DNA of 64,000 nt from Malacoraja senta (Eukaryota): contig CM075988.1 of assembly GCA_038087875.1 (NCBI GenBank), forward strand, positions 6,262,001 to 6,326,000, given 5' to 3'. A model generated the notes under the pieces. That model was not told the DNA's origin, ran no database searches, and saw nothing but the letters and a program-made list of their open reading frames with translations. The position numbers and the translations under genes are program-made. Shown one piece after another: positions 62,949 to 64,000 of the stretch (its first letter is position 1; each line of letters opens with the position of its first letter).

Positions 62949-63889
62949 GGTCACAGGGTGAATGTGCAAACTCCACATGGACAGCACTGGAGTTCACGGT
63001 CGAGCATCGATAATTGGTGCTGTGAAGTAACGACTCTACTTGCTCCACTGCTATGCCTCTGAGACCTGGTTCAATCATCCCCTCGTTATGTGGCTCACAA
63101 TAATGATTCCTTGATCCAGCTGATACAGTCCTGTTGATTTGCAAAGAAAGTGAAAAATCTAATCTTCGGCCCTGACTTTCCCTTGCTAATTCTCTGACTC
63201 ATTCGCCTCTGAAGCTGTATTTTCCATGACAGTAGCCAGGAGGCAGAAATTGCAGCAAGACTTGTTCGGTTGCATTTGCTTGATGGCTTCCATCAACATT
63301 CATTTAACAAGCCCAGCGTTGATTCACTCCTGCTGAGCGGTTTGACGGACTGCTTGCACAGATATTCATCTTTAAAACTATTCCTCTTGGAACTCTGCTG
63401 GGTTCGGGCCCATTAACAATGTTGCCCAGAATTTAAAAAACATGGCCGGTTGCCCGATGTTGCTGAAAGTTGTCATCTGGTCCTACTTTTGTGTAATCAT
63501 TTGCTCTCCTGTGATTCAAAATCCTGGCATTCTCCAGTGACTGCAGGAGAGAGGAAGATTGGGGAGAGGGGATGTGGGAGAGGGGTGGAACAGATGCCGA
63601 TTCAGATTACTCCCAAAATATTGGCAACTTCTCTGCCTCAGTAATTCATCAGTTATGTTTCACTTAAATGCAACACAAGTTGCTGGGGTGGGGGGGGGGG
63701 GGGGACTGCACACCATATAATGGTTGATCGAGAAAGTTTTTTTAAATGGGAGCTTGGTGTCATTTTCGAAGCATTTTCCACTCATAGTCTGAGGAGCCTG
63801 ATTCCTCAGCGGTCGGTAATCCCCCTGCACAGAACCTCAAATGACAGGGAAATTACAATCAGGCTTTATTTCTGAAGAGATTCTTTTTC

Positions 63890-64000
63890 TGTTTTAGTTT
63901 AGTTCAGAGATACTGTGTGGAAAACAGGCCCTTCGGCCCACCGAGTCCATGCAAACCAACGATCCCTGAGCACTAACACTATCACACACACTAGGAACAA
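63890..64000 (-). mobile_element. HE1/V-SINE-like 3' tail, truncated by the window end
   Basis: Reverse complement of the gggccgaagggcctg..tctct tail. Confidence 0.8.

Overview
Repeat-dense, apparently non-genic (intronic or intergenic) vertebrate DNA. The repeat families point to a cartilaginous fish, probably a skate or ray (inference). I recognise no host protein-coding exon; almost all ORFs in the track derive from transposons or microsatellites. Contents: about 22 tRNA-derived HE1/V-SINE-like copies; about 25 CR1 (HER1-like) 3' fragments; L2, RTE, Rex1/Babar, Tx1-like and two Daphne-like LINE pieces; about 20 Penelope-derived terminal repeats carrying a minimal hammerhead-ribozyme-like motif; three Harbinger-type MITEs; TG/CA satellites; and repeat-free islands that may be conserved non-coding elements. 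The largest element is a 3.6 kb internally deleted DIRS (tyrosine-recombinase) retrotransposon at 9555-13169, integrated inside a SINE at a shared TAAAAT core. The best leads are the hammerhead-bearing repeats, the DIRS junction, a young Daphne-like LINE with an open ORF, and two related GC-rich non-coding retroposons with different tails. I cannot support a claim of a wholly new biological system. Family names come from motif recognition, not database searches, and most repeat boundaries are approximate (about 10-20 bp).
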